In this document: positions 50,595 to 63,995 of the stretch, one piece after another
Layout of the letters: the number at the start of each line of letters is the position of its first letter
Position numbering within the stretch: position 1 is the first letter of the stretch
NCBI GenBank assembly: GCA_951406725.2
Contig: OX597833.1
Location: forward strand, 40,672,001 to 40,736,000
From: Octopus vulgaris
Taxonomy: Eukaryota
Direction: 5' to 3'
Length of the DNA stretch: 64,000 bases
Position numbers and translations under genes: made by a program
The notes under the pieces: generated by a model
What the model was told of the DNA's origin: nothing
Databases searched by the model: none
Seen by the model: the letters and a program-made list of their open reading frames with translations, nothing else

Positions 50595-50729
50595 GATTAG
50601 TTTGGAAATGTCGTTCATGAATTCTCCATAGTACAAGTTGGCATCATCTAAGAGAAGCTTTTGGAATTTCTCATCAATCTTTGGGCAGTCCAGTAATGAG
50701 CCCAATGACCGCAATGTGAATTTACAAGC
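50595..50729 (-). CDS. MROH1: MROH1-like exon: ACKFTLRSLGSLLDCPKIDEKFQKLLLDDANLYYGEFMNDISKLI
   Basis: tatttccag acceptor, gtaaga donor, 135 nt, phase 0/0. Confidence 0.92.
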
Positions 50730-50757
50730 CTGGAAATAGAAAATTTTAAAATATTTA

Positions 50758-50985
50758 TATCTTTATTGCCCACATGGGGCTAAACATAGAGGGGACAAAC
50801 AAGGAAAGACAAAGGGATTAAGTTGATTACATCGACCCCAGTGCGTAACTGGTTCTTATTTAATCAACCACGAAAAGATGAAAGGCAAAGTTGACCTCGG
50901 CGGAATTTGAACTCAGAACCTAGCAGTAGATGAAATACCACTAAGTATTTTGCCCGGTGTGCTAATGGTTCTGCCAGCTCGCCAC
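50758..50985 (-). mobile_element. Full-length Nin/Deu-type SINE ending about 30 nt from the exon acceptor
   Basis: Same family as 13748-13980. Confidence 0.9.
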
Positions 50986-52082
50986 ATTATCACTACCACC
51001 ACCACTATTATACTACTTTAATCACCACTACCGACACCTCCACCACTATGATATCACTATCCCCCACAACCACCACCGCCACTGCCACCACTGACGCAAG
51101 TCAGCCAGGTATATTTCATTCTTCCACCAGAAATAGCAGTCAAGTCTCCTTCAAATTACACCATATTACCGTAAGAAAAAGGAAGGACACACTGGATGAT
51201 ATGGTCTTCAATAAGCTGAGAATGCATAATGCAAAAGGAAACAATAAAAAAGGATGGTTGGCCACAGATGGAATGTCTTTAATCATGGATCTGCTTCATC
51301 AAGACTGGCATAATAACAATGGCATTCATAGGTAACATGATATTACGCCAGCCTAAAGGAGAAAACCAGTGGTTTTGTTTCTGCTGCCTCATCAACCAGC
51401 ATTCGAGCCTTTATATGGTCGCTTGAGCTGCTAGAAATAGCAGCCAGGATCTCCTTATATCACACCCAATTTTCTTAAAGAAGAAAGGATACATTGAACC
51501 ATGTAACCTTTGAATATAGTTGGCCTAGAAGAAAGACAGGAGGGCATGGCTTGAATACCTTTGATCATAGGTCTGGTTTATTGGAGTTGACTTAGGGCTA
51601 AAAAGGAAAGACACAACTCTCCTTTTCAATTAAAATAATCAGAACTATGTTAATGACTATTAATAAGGAAGTTAACAAATGAAATTAACTATATACATAT
51701 ATGATTAGTATTTGCTTATTTTTACACAACCAATTAATATAATTATACATGTGGTCAGTATTTGACTATTTTTTTTATTGCTAACTACTAAATCTACATA
51801 AAAAGTTAGTATTTGACTATATTTTCATACTAATAGGTGCAGGTATGGCTGTGTGGTTAAGAAGCTTGTTTTGGAACTATGCAGGTTTAGGTTCAATCCC
51901 ACTGTGCAATACCCTAGGGAAATGTTTTCTACTATAGCCCCAGGCTGACCAATGCCTTGGGAGTGAATTTGTTAGATGGAAATTGTGTGGAAACTCACTG
52001 TATATATATATGTGTGTGTATGTCTATACATACATACATATATACGTGTGTGTGTGTGTGTGTGTATGCACGTGTATGTGTG

Positions 52083-52545
52083 TAGATGGAATTCTGGTTT
52101 TGGAATTTTCAGAAAATTTTTGCAAATTTATGTTCTACACAAGAATTCATACAAATATGAAAAAAAATTTTTCTTTCAATTTCTTGACCCTGCTCCCACA
52201 AATCCTAAAATTTCCATGGGTTTTTGAATTTTGCTTTAAAATATGGACAGTCTGAAGCTTTTGCTTAAGTCTCAGCAATGGAGCACCCCTGGGTGCATCA
52301 CCATTCCATTAAATGTGTTTATGGTGAGAAAAATATTGAAAAACATCAAGAAATGAACAAGGTATCAGGTGGTCATGAGATGTACTAAAAACAACAGCTA
52401 AGTCACCCTTAAATCACACACAAAAAATTTTCTTTCATAATTGTATGAATTCCCATGTATATAATACAAATTGACAACCATTTTCTGAAAATTCCAAAAA
52501 ATAAAAGAGAAGTTATATGGGATGCTTAAACCAGAATTCCACCTA
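52083..52545. mobile_element. TA-flanked MITE
   Basis: TIR tagatggaattctggttt / aaaccagaattccaccta plus longer degenerate inner IRs. Confidence 0.75.
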
Positions 52546-52563
52546 TATATATATTATGAATCC

Positions 52564-52758
52564 CTGGAGAAGGACATCATGCTCGGAATGGTCAGTGGCA
52601 AGAGAGGAAGAGACTGACCAAGAACCCGCTGGCTTGACACCATCAGGAGTGATACCAGAATGGACATGGCCAATCTGAAGGAATCGGCCCAGGATAGAAC
52701 TGACTGGAGGACACTGATCCAACGAGTGACCGAGAGTCGACTTCCACTGAGCAGATAG
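52564..52758 (+). mobile_element. RTE/BovB-like 3' fragment
   Basis: Highly similar to 10262-10464 over its full length. Confidence 0.9.
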
Positions 52759-53902
52759 AGAGAGATATATTATGTGTGTGTGTGTGTGTGTGTGTGCACG
52801 TGTGTGTTTGTACCCATCCACTGCTTGATGACAAGTGTTGGGTGTTTATGCCCCTGTAAGTTAGTGGTTTGGCAAAAGACCCCAATAGAATAAGCACCAG
52901 ACTTAAAAACAAATACTAGAATTGATTATTCCAACTACACCCTTCAAGGTGGTGTCCCAGCATGGTCACAGTTCAACGACTGAAATAAGTAAAAAAATAA
53001 AAAAAAGATATTATCTATTACAGCCACCAATATTTGATAGAAATTGTTCCTAAGTATTATTATGTATGTGTGAATATGTTTCTTTGCTGTATTGGTGTAT
53101 TATTATCTATTATTGGTAATAAATATTTGATAGAAGTCGCAAGGCTATGTAACAATATGTGTGTGAGAATGGATGTCTCTGTTTACATGGTCAATATATG
53201 TATGCATTTTGTACTCTTAACTGTTATAATCACCAATCATCATCATCATTGTTTAACATCCGCTTTCCATGCTGGCATGGATTGGATGATTTAACTGAGG
53301 TCTGGTGAACCAGATGGCTGCACCAGGCTCCAATCTGATTTGGCAGAGTTTCTACAGCTTGATGCCCTTCCTAACGCCAACCACTCTGAGAGTGTAGTGG
53401 GTGCTTTTACGTGCCACCGACACGGGGGCCAGTCAGGCGGTACTGGCAACGGCCTTGCTCAAATCTTTTTACACATGCCACCGGCACAGGTACCAGTAAG
53501 GCAACGCTGGTAACAATCACATTCAAATGGTGCCTTTTATGTGCCACTGGCACAGAAGCCGGTTAGCCGCTCTATCAATGATCACACACATATGGTGCTC
53601 TTTGCACCCTGCTAGCACGGATGCTAGTCATCGAATTTGATTTTGATTCACTTGCCTCAACAGGTCTTCACAAGCAGAGTTTAGTGTCCAAAGAAGGAAA
53701 AGGTATGCATAAGTGGGCTGGTTATGCCCCTGGCATAGGCCACGAGGTTATAGTCTCATTTGGCTTGCAAGATCTTCTCAAGCACAGCATATTTCCAAAT
53801 TTCTGCTTCTTTACAATAAAGAAGTGGAATTGAACCTGTGTGTGTTATTGGTGTAATGACCCTCCCAAGACAACAAAATTTTGAAGAAGATATAAAGAGG
53901 GC

Positions 53903-54309
53903 AAATAGAAAGCTTCTGACAATATGGAAAGTTTTATAAAGCCTTTATATTTTAGGTGCAAAGGCTTATCTTCAGAAGAAAAACAGTTTGGAAAATGTCC
54001 AGTTATGCAGGTTCTGTTAACCTACTCAAACCCCCTGGCATTATGTAGCAGCAGTGGAATTAGTGGAATTGATGCTTCAAGGTTTGGTGTAAACAAATTT
54101 CCAACTATTGCTACAATGCTTGGAGCATTGATTAGACCTATGTTTGGAGAGTGACTGCTGCTGCTACATAATGCCAGAGGATTTGAATGGGTTAACAGAA
54201 TCTGCATAACTGGACATTTCCCAGACTATTTTTCTTCTAAATATGGGCCTTTGCAGCTGAAATATAAAGGTTTTATAAAACTTTCTGCATTCTCAGAAGC
54301 TTTCTATTT
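53903..54309. repeat. ~150-bp-arm inverted repeat (foldback/MITE)
   Basis: Arms 53903-54055 and 54158-54309. Confidence 0.9.
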
Positions 54310-54475
54310 TTTCTGTTTTTACCTTCTTCTATATTACAATGCTTCAAGTGAACTACAACACTCTACAACAAAATTTGTTTCAACACACAAATTCACAACA
54401 AGAATCTTGCAAATAGGAAGTATCATCACAAAATTATAAAATTAAATGTAATATGTTTTAGGAGTAGATTTTTAC

Positions 54476-54631
54476 CTTGCGTACATCCACCTCAGCATCA
54501 TTTAAATGTAACAACAAACTAACAAAATTTGAATGAATTTGTTCCAGTATGGCTGCTTTTGATTGTCCTCCTCCAAATCTGGACAAATTGCCAAACAGTA
54601 GGATTGCTTCAGCACGCACACAAGGCACTTC
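54476..54631 (-). CDS. MROH1: MROH1-like exon: EVPCVRAEAILLFGNLSRFGGGQSKAAILEQIHSNFVSLLLHLNDAEVDVRK
   Basis: tctttacag acceptor, AAG|gtaaaa donor, 156 nt, phase 0/0; LFG.L and LLLHL.D motifs. Confidence 0.93.
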
Positions 54632-55944
54632 CTGTAAAGATAGAGAATGGAAAGAAAGAAGAGAGAAAGTGAAAGATTATTATTAATAAGGTGAGAGGAA
54701 TATCGTATATGTTTGTGAGAGCAGACTGGAAACTTTTGAAAGATGGATTTTTGCCTGGAGATATGAATGTTACTAAATTCTTTGGATGGAAGCAGACACT
54801 TCTTCCTCAGCAGCTTACATTGCCATAAAAGGCAGTCAACAATAGAAGAGATGTTGGGCATTCAAAATTGGCTTATCTATTTTCTTCATTGATCTCTGTC
54901 TGCAGTAATGTCGGTGGTGGCGGCAGCGCCGTCTAACTTCTGATTTTCATACTGGCATGGGTTGGATGGTTTGATAGGATCCAATGAGCCAGTTGGCTGC
55001 TTCAAGATCCAATGTCAGCTTTGGCATGGTTTCTATGGCTGGAAGCCTTTCCTAATACCAACCACTTTGGTGAGTATACTGGATGCAGTTTCACTAATTA
55101 TTTACATTTGGTTGGATCACTGACTTGGGAAATATATATCTTTAACAAACTTCCTCTAACATAAGGTTGTATAACTTTACTCTCTATATTCAAAAGAATG
55201 GCCAGTGGTGCATTTGGTCTTAAAGATAGATCTGGTCAAAATTAGTACTTTGGAATATAAATTCCTCCCCCTCTCCCTCTCTCACACATATGCAAACACA
55301 CAGAGGAAAAACATACAAACACATACATAGATCATCATCATTATTTAACATCTATTTTCCATGCTGGCATGGGCTGGATGGGTTGACAGGAACTGGTAAA
55401 GCCAAGGCGGTGGGGGTCACACCAGGGTCCATTATTCTAGCTTGGTTTCTATGGTTGGATCTTCTTCCTAATGCCAATCACTTTACAGATTATACTGAGC
55501 ACTTTTCATGTGGCACCAGCATGAAGTGCTTTTAACATGGCACCAATCTCAGATGGTAGACTTAAACCAATACCTGGTTCATCACCAGCACCTGGTCTTT
55601 ACACCTTTAGTGGTGTTCACACTGTTACAAGTATTTACACAAGATAACTTAAACTTTCCTTTTACCAGTAACAGTGATTGTGAAAAGGGTCACAAGACCC
55701 ATACATTTTCTTTTGACTAAGTCATTAAAAAACCCAGAAAAAAGGTTACTAATATAGTGCCTAAAGTTCTTAATCCTCTGCCTCAGGAGAAAATACTACA
55801 TTAGCTTTAGGGTCAATGAACAATGGCTATTATTTTAATATCGTTATATTTGAGGATGGTCATTTTTTTTACTGTTGCCAAAAGACCACATACAAAAAAA
55901 TACTCATTTTTCACTTTAACTTTATTATTATTCAAATTTAAGAG

Positions 55945-56110
55945 TCCTTTGTCTGAAATTTTTGTCACACATCCTGTGACCTCTTCAATGACTCTACCTC
56001 AAGTGTCTCCTCCTGTTCTGTTTAATGGACTAAACAAAATAGAAGATGCATGCGATGGAGAGTCACTGAAGAGGTCATAGGCTATGTGATGAAAGATTTC
56101 AGATAAAGGA
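55945..56110. repeat. ~50-bp inverted repeat containing CTGAAGA-stem-GAAA
   Basis: Arms 55945-55995 and 56059-56110. Confidence 0.8.
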
Positions 56111-56154
56111 TACTAAAATAATAATAATAATAATAATGATAACAACAACAACAA

Positions 56155-56712
56155 TAATGCCCTAATGCAGTACCAAGCAGTGGCTCTCATGGCTTCTGAT
56201 CTTCACTGATTGGAAGTGTTATCATGTACATTGTTTTGTCTTGGTATAAAAGATGGGCTACAGCAAATATTCTGCTCAATGCCACAGATTTGCTTGTCAG
56301 TTGTTTGACCATAACCAGTTGACCATGTCCCTTAGTGGCTGACGATATGTGCATCTCTGACCATGACCAGAAGTAGTGGGGGAGCATTATAGTCATGTGT
56401 TGAGAGGGATTCTTTGGGGTTTGAATAATTCACCTCTGGAAACATGGGTGTTTCGCTCAACATCCTTAAACAACCCTTATTCAGGGACCTTTTGAGCGGG
56501 ATGGGTTACTTGACCTGAAGAAAATTCAAACTGGGCCCCCCCTGCAAGGTCATGTGCTGTTTATCTTGATATGAGATCACCATGTCGCGCACATATGGTT
56601 GTGATGCATGTGCCTAGTGTACCCTTATCAAATGGGTAGTCATGATGGGTATACTGGGCTTCGTATATTTTACCCCAGTGTCACTTTGATGGCATGCACT
56701 GCTCTCTCACTC

Positions 56713-56715
<3 letters not shown>
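56155..56715 (+). mobile_element. Retroposed interspersed repeat with (AAT)n tail
   Basis: Flanked by (AAT)n; paralogs at 22880-23265 and 12080-12250. Confidence 0.75.
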
Positions 56716-56754
<39 letters not shown>

Positions 56755-57512
56755 GCTGAAGTGAAAAATGAGCATTTTGTTGTTTGTGGTTTACTGGCAA
56801 AAAAAAAAAATCCTTAAAATGACCATCCCCAAATATAACAATATCTGTTTCAACACATGATTTCACACCAGAAATCTTGCAAAACAAATACATAAATATA
56901 TTCTTTAATAGTTTTTCAAAACCCATAGGAGTTCTTGCATGGAGTGGATTTGAATAACATTTGGCATTTTACTCTGTAACATTCCAGATGGCCCAACATC
57001 ACTGCAACACACACATATGAGAACAGTAACAAGAAAATCCCTCATTGGTCAAGTACTGAACACAGAATGAAGTCTACAACAGCACTGATGGTGGTACTCC
57101 AGCATGGCAACAACATCTCACTGACTCAAAATCCAGTAAAAGAGTACAAACAAAGACACAAACATGTACAAATGCACACACTCACACAAAGATCAATACA
57201 AAAAAAAAAATGACAGATGACAACAATGATGATGATGATGATGGTGATATTAATGGTGATGATGATGATGATGATGAAGAGGATGATATGATGATTATGA
57301 CGATAACCACAGTAATGGTAATAATGCTGCAACAGATAACAGTTGATGATGGCAATGATGATGATGATGATGATGATGATGCTGCTGCAGATAATAATCG
57401 AGATGATGTTAGTTATGATAATTGCTATGACGATGACAATAATGACGACGATGATGATGATGGTATTGATGTTGATGATGATAACATCAACAACAACAAA
57501 AAAATAACTTAC

Positions 57513-57701
57513 CTTCTCAAAACACGGACGAATTTTAAGGATGACATTGATGAGGATTGAGCGTATGTCCTCCTCATCAATAACCGACATGACCCGAGAC
57601 AGACCTCCCATCGCCTCCATTGTGATGTTGTCATTAATGTCTTCTTTATCATCAAGACCAGACATCAAAGCTGACAGAACTGTTGTAGAATATTTCTGAA
57701 T
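57513..57701 (-). CDS. MROH1: MROH1-like exon: IQKYSTTVLSALMSGLDDKEDINDNITMEAMGGLSRVMSVIDEEDIRSILINVILKIRPCFEK
   Basis: Pyrimidine tract then aag acceptor, AAG|gtaagt donor, 189 nt, phase 0/0; GLDD...EAM.GL...IRP.F motif of MROH1. Confidence 0.95.
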
Positions 57702-58037
57702 CTTCATCACAGCAGAGAATGGAAATAGAAAGAAAAATATATTTTTTTTCGGTGATTTTTTTTTAATGTCATTTGGGGTAAAGGAACAGCCCCATCTTCA
57801 TCATGACCTTTGCAGGCCCTAATTCCACAGAGTAGTTTAGACTGAGATGGTCAATGCCCAGCCCAACCCAGCCCAAACATATGCAGGTCAATATCTACAG
57901 GAAGAAATGTGGATGATGCTAAAGACGCCCCAAAATCAGATGTTGCTGTTATTAAGTCCCAGATCAGCCCTGAAGGAGCAAACAGGATTATGATCAAAGG
58001 TGCATCCAGCCATTATTATACCATCTTTTCTTCTTAG

Positions 58038-58432
58038 GCACAGGAGTGGCTGTGTGGTAAGTAGCTTGTTTACCAACCACATGGTTCCGGGTTCAGTTTC
58101 ACTGCATGGCACCTTGGGCAAGTGTCTTCTACTATAGCCTCAAGCCAACCAAAGCCTTGTGAGTGGATTTGGTATACGGAAACTGAAAGAAGCCCGTCGT
58201 ATATATGTATATGTATATGTGTGTGTGTGTGTGTGTCTGTGTTTGTCCCACCACAACATCACTTGACAACTGATGCTGGTGTGTTTACATCCCCATAACT
58301 TAGCGGTTCGGCAAAAGAGACCGATAGAATAAGTACTAGGCTTACAAAGAATAAGTCCTGGGGTCAATTTGCTCGACTAAAGGCAGTGCTCCAGCATGGC
58401 CGCAGTCAAATGACTGAAACGAGTAAAAGAGA
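58038..58432 (+). mobile_element. Full-length CORE-type SINE
   Basis: ggcacaggagtggctgtgtggtaag head, gggttcagt B box, core, internal TA/TG, tail. Confidence 0.9.
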
Positions 58433-59459
58433 ATCAGGCACCTCAGTAATATTATCCAATGAGTTCTTTATCATATGGTAGGGTGTGATTTGGAGAAATT
58501 CCTGGCTATTTCAGCATGTTGAGTATCCACATGAAGGCTCCACACAGGGTGGTCTTGAAGAAAGCAATGTGTTATGTCTATGCACCTACCACCCCTTTCT
58601 ACAAATCCTTACTATGTTAAACCTCAGCCTCATTTCTACATACAAATCTCTATTCAAATTGTCTTATCTTTCATTCCCAGTTGAAAAACCTATAAAGGCT
58701 GATACCTGATAACAAAAACCAAAGCCCGTTTTTATTTTTAGTTTTACAATGAAGTAGCAAGTTCACTTCAACACAATAACTGGTATTTGGGGCTCTTAGC
58801 AATTATAGTTTTATTTCAAGTACTTGGACCAAATACTTGGCTTTCTCTCCCCATTTATAGTCTTCCCTGCATATGCTTGGGCTGGGCAACATCAATTACC
58901 TCAATCTTACTAGTCTGGTAAAAAGGAGTGTATATGTTCAGACAGGATAACATCAGTTACATCAGAATTACCTGTCAGGTAGAAGGATCTGCACATAAAT
59001 TTAGACTTAGACTGAGTAATATCAATCACCACATCAATCTCACTTAGGAAAGTAGTATGCAAAGATTTATGGGCTCTGGTCCTCTTCACCATACAAACAG
59101 ATACAAAAACATCCTGATAGTTAGGTAACTGAACAGGACATTTAAAAATTTAGAGGCTTATTCCTGGACACAGTATACCACTAGTGTCAAGATGGGAACT
59201 ACTGACCTCCTACTGACCTTCTGAGCTGGTAGCTCCCAAGTCACATTGATTTCAAATTTTGGTACAAGGCTAGCAATTTGGGGAAGGGGAACAGTTGATT
59301 ACATTGACCCCCAGTGTACAACTGGTACTTATTTTATCGACCCTGAAAGGATGAAGGGTAAAGTCAACCTTTGCAGAACTTGAACTCAGAATGTAAGGAT
59401 GGTCAAAATGTCACTGAGCATTTTGCCCAGCACAATAATGATTCTGCCAGCTCACTGGC

Positions 59460-60540
59460 ATCTTAAGACTTTGCATCCAACATCTTAAGACTTTACGGTC
59501 AACATCTTAAGATTTCACATCTGACATCTCATGACTTCAGATCCACTGCCTTAACAATTCACATCCAACATCATAAAACTTCACATCCACCATCTTAAGA
59601 CTCCCAAGTCATATCAGTGAGGTCATTGGTAGCTTTCATAACTCCATATCTTCAGTCTAAATAACAATATACATGCCAACCTATTGTAACTACACATCCT
59701 TCACATGACTTCACATTCATTGTATCCTAACTTTACATTGATAACTTCCTAACATCATGCCTAACTTCTTACAACATCGTATTGAACTTCACATTTAACA
59801 TCTTAAGACTTCACATCCACCATCTTAAGATTTCACATCCAACAACATAAGACTTCACATCTAATATCTTAAGACTTTACAACCAGCATCTTAAGACTTT
59901 ACAACCAACATCTTAAGACTTTACAACCAACATCTTAAGACTTTACAACCAACATCATAAGACTTTACAACCAACATCTTAAAACTTTACAACCAGCATC
60001 TTAAGACTTTACATTCAACATCTTAAGATTTCACATCCAACATCTCATGACTTCAGATCCACCACCTTAAGGCTTCACATCAACATCATAAAGCTTCACA
60101 TACATCATCTTAAGACTAGATCCAACATTTAATGTAACAACTCCATATCCAACATTTACAACACATAATAACTCCACATTCAATATGTTATAAATCTGTA
60201 TCAGCTATGTCATAAATCCTATTCCACATATCATAACTGCACATCCAACATATAACTCCACATTCAAATTATGATAACTCCATATCCAACACATCATAAC
60301 TACACATCCAAACTATCAAAAACCTGCAACCGACATATCCTAAACTTTTTATTCAACATGTTATAACTACATCCAAACTATTATAATTCAAAATCCAAAA
60401 CATCATAATTCCACAACCAATATATAACTAAATGTCATAACCTTCACATCAATACAATTATAATTCCTTATCCAATACATCATAACTCTAAATCCATCAT
60501 ATAACTTAACATCCAAACTATCATAACTCCATATTTAGCA
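59460..60540. repeat. ~1.1-kb degenerate minisatellite with a ~22-nt unit
   Basis: catcttaagactttacaaccaa units, most homogeneous at about 59870-60010, degrading to cataactccacatccaa. Confidence 0.9.
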
Positions 60541-60637
60541 CAATTGATATTTTATATCTTTATATCATTGGACAGAAGAATACCATATGCTCTTTATACC
60601 TTAAGTAATTAAAGACAACACTATTATTTCTACTTAC

Positions 60638-60784
60638 TAAGTCTTTACCCATGCTGGCAATATTACCGAGGCCTCGTATACAATACATTCGAACTATATG
60701 GGAGCTGTCCACCATCCGACTCAATAAACCATTGATAATTGATTCAATAAGAACTGTTTTTTCTGGACATTTCTGGTTGATGAG
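60638..60784 (-). CDS. MROH1: MROH1-like exon: LINQKCPEKTVLIESIINGLLSRMVDSSHIVRMYCIRGLGNIASMGKDL (gene continues beyond the window)
   Basis: tttttacag acceptor, gtaagt donor, 147 nt, phase 0/0; HEAT motif D....VR....RGL.N.A. Confidence 0.93.
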
Positions 60785-63659
60785 CTGTAAAAATATAGTT
60801 AAGACATGAAAAACAATTTACAAAAAAAAAAGAACAATTTACATAAATAAAAAACAATTTACAAAACAGCATTGGAAGGGGGTAGAATAGTGGTGGTGGT
60901 GGGGGAGGTGATGGTGGGGGTGATAATAATGGTGATGGTGGCAGTGATAGTGGTGGTGTTATTTAGTGTCACAGTTGGTGACATCAGCAATTGTAAGATA
61001 AATTTTTGATTATCATTCCATAGTTAAGGTTATTGAATTGTTGTTGTTATTGTGTACACCCACCAAGCCAATATCTTTTAAATGAAGTACTCTAGAAGTG
61101 GAGAAGGAGCAATGCTTGTCGCCTTTTCAAAAAAGAGATAACCAGATTGATCAGCGCACTACAATTTCTGATCTACAGATATACTTTCCCCACACTCTGT
61201 CTTTTCATCACTAGTACTATAATGAGCTTTGGTTTTGCTCCATTGGCAACATTCTGCTTCCAGTCTCTATCCTGTCCATGATCATGGCTTTGCCAGAATT
61301 GGGTAGGTTTTGATTTGTTGCAGTTTCTGTAATCAGCTCAATTTTTATGGGGGTAGGGGATGAAATAAGATGCAGACACTGGAAGTGGATCAGACATGTC
61401 CTCTGAAAAGATCAAGAAAGCGATTGTATGGTGAGACTAAAGTGGTAGCCCGAGGGGTAAAGAGCAGCAGGGTGCCCTAAAACCACATGGTGAAGGACCA
61501 CTGACAAGGGAAGGAGATGAGAAAGGTGGAGAAGCTAGAATGAGACCAGAACAGTGGCAGGAAACTGAACTGGCTGGAGAGATCACGTTGCAGACTTAAG
61601 GCCCCATAGCACGGAGAGAACTAACTAACTATAATGGCCTCTGCTTCTCTGAATGTTACTTCCACTTGTGTTCAGTCATATCATAATCCACAAGCTGTAC
61701 CCTAACCACTTTTTCAAATCTTTTCTTCTCAGATAGTATTATTATCAAGAAAGTTGGTAGAGAGAACTTTCAAAGATCATGGAAACTAACCCTTCTTCTC
61801 AACCTTCTCCCTAGAGACAGGGCTCCCTTAAAGTGGTTTGGTTTATTTGTAGTTGATGTTGACTTGTAAGGTCAATGATTACAGCAAAATTGTGGGCAGG
61901 AAAGGAATTCAATAATATTGTAAGGAATTTTGTACAGGGTTTGATCTGGGTGAAAAGGTTATGCCTCTGACACTCACAAGCCCTCAAATTTGTTCAGTCT
62001 GGATGGAAGAGCTATGCACATAATGTTCACAAGCCTTCCAAGATGTTTGGGATGTGAGATATAGTAAAGAGGTGGCAATGAATGCTGTTGCTTAGCTCTA
62101 GATCAACTCTGATCAAACAGAGCTATGATCAAAGGCTTTCCAACAGTGGTCACCTATCATTTTGTTTCAGATAATTTATCTAGAAGTAAATCATCTACTG
62201 TGTCTTTTCCTTTATTTTAAAATGGGGAAGTATTATTTGAGTTTTAACTACTACGTCTAGCAGAGTAATCAACCACATAGGGGTACCATCATTGACTTGT
62301 ATGTCAGTGAATAGATATGGTTACTGTGTCTAGGGCAGGGTAAGTGATTTGTTACATGGATGTCTTGCAAACAACTTGCACATGCAAGTGCTACCAGTCA
62401 AAAGCTCCGTATACCTGAAGCCAGCAAGTGTATGGGGTCATCAGGAGAGAATGCGCGCTGTTTTGGGACCTACCTCTCGATGGCATCAATGCGCACTGGC
62501 CCCCCTCACTGATATAAGGCCCTGCTTGCTAGATCAGCTGGTTATCAAATAAAGCTCAATATCCTTCTAGCCATCGCTCATCGTCTCTTTTTAACCAAAT
62601 CCAGTGGCTAGCCTTTTTCACTGTAGATTGGATATTGGTCAGATGGTGACTGTTTCATTAGGTATATTTAAATTTCATCATTAGTAGAGTTACTTAACTC
62701 TTTTTAACTATTCAGATTACTCAGTCAAATGTCATGCTTATTTATTCCTATTGTTTTTGAATGAATCATGCATTATGTTACAGCTTCAAGATGCGATTCA
62801 GTGATGCGATTTTTCATTTTTGGAATAACATTGTTCAGTAGGGGTGGGAGGCTGGATCTGTTTAGTCTGAACATAAAACAGGTGGAATATTTAGGCCGGA
62901 TATGGCCAGTTTAGATGTTAAAGAGTCAAAGAACTGTGTTAATGTGGGTGAAATGAGTGTTGTGGGTACTTTGAGGTGTTGTGGGAATTTTGTGAAGTTG
63001 GGGTATGTTGTAGTATTGAGGGTATTTTGAGCAGTTGTGGTTACATTGTAGAGTTGTGAGTATTTTATGGTGTTGTAATTCATTACTGTTACAATTTGGA
63101 TTAGTCATCATCATCATCATCATCGTTTAATGTCCGTTCTCCATGCTAGCATGGGTTGGATGGTTCGACCGGGATCTGGGAAGCCAGAACGCTGCACCAG
63201 GCTCCAGTCTGATCTGGCAGTGTTTCGTGAAATAAATAATAATATTTAAAGTGTGTGTGTGTATGTTAGAGTGTGCACGAGGCAATAATATAGAGAGATA
63301 GAAAGAGAAAGAAGAGAAAACATATATAGATAGCAATTTAGACAAATACAAACTGTCTGACAGACAGTTAGATGGTAATCTTGTAGATGAACAATACAGA
63401 CAAAAGAGGTATAGGGGCAAGGATAAACAGGGAGTCAAAGATAGAAAACAGATAGTCAGACAGACATGCAGATCAACAGATAAACATACAGAAAAATAGA
63501 TATAAAAACATTGACAAATAAACAACAGATTAAATGAAAGGCAAGCGAGCAGGCATATACTTATGCAGGTAAACAATATATATATATATATTTATATACA
63601 TATATACACATACATACATCTATATTTTGAGTTCTATTTTTCCTGTTTGCATCAACATA

Positions 63660-63708
<49 letters not shown>

Positions 63709-63769
63709 ATTGTGGGATGGTAATCTTTTTTTGTTTTTTGTTGGGTTTTTTTGGCTAAATAAACACTTG

Positions 63770-63995
63770 CACTATTAGCATGTGTGTTCATTTGGCAAAG
63801 AAAAAAAAATGACCATCCTGAAATACAATGATATCTGTTTCAACACATAGTTTCACATCAGGAATCTTGCAACATAAATTCATAAACATATATATATATA
63901 TATATATATATATTGTTATACTTGGGGATGGTCATATTTTGCCAATTAAACATGCACACTATATAATTTGATCTTCACTTCAGCTTTATTATTAT
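63770..63995. repeat. Two inverted fragments of a repeat also present at 56750-56900, separated by (TA)n
   Basis: ttggcaaa...atgaccatcc versus ggatggtcatattttgccaa; shared atatctgtttcaacacat...aatcttgcaa. Confidence 0.75.

Larger units (their letters stand above)
51836..52995 (+). mobile_element. CORE SINE split by a nested MITE and an RTE fragment
   Basis: Head and core at 51836-51980, tail at about 52800-52995. Confidence 0.75.

Noticed and set aside
57126-57512. Ile-rich or Asp-rich extension of the 57126-57710 ORF
   Set aside because: Read-through past the GTAAGT donor into an intronic (GAT)n tract
59460-60540. CRISPR-like periodicity
   Set aside because: Contiguous tandem units with no unique spacers, in a eukaryotic intron
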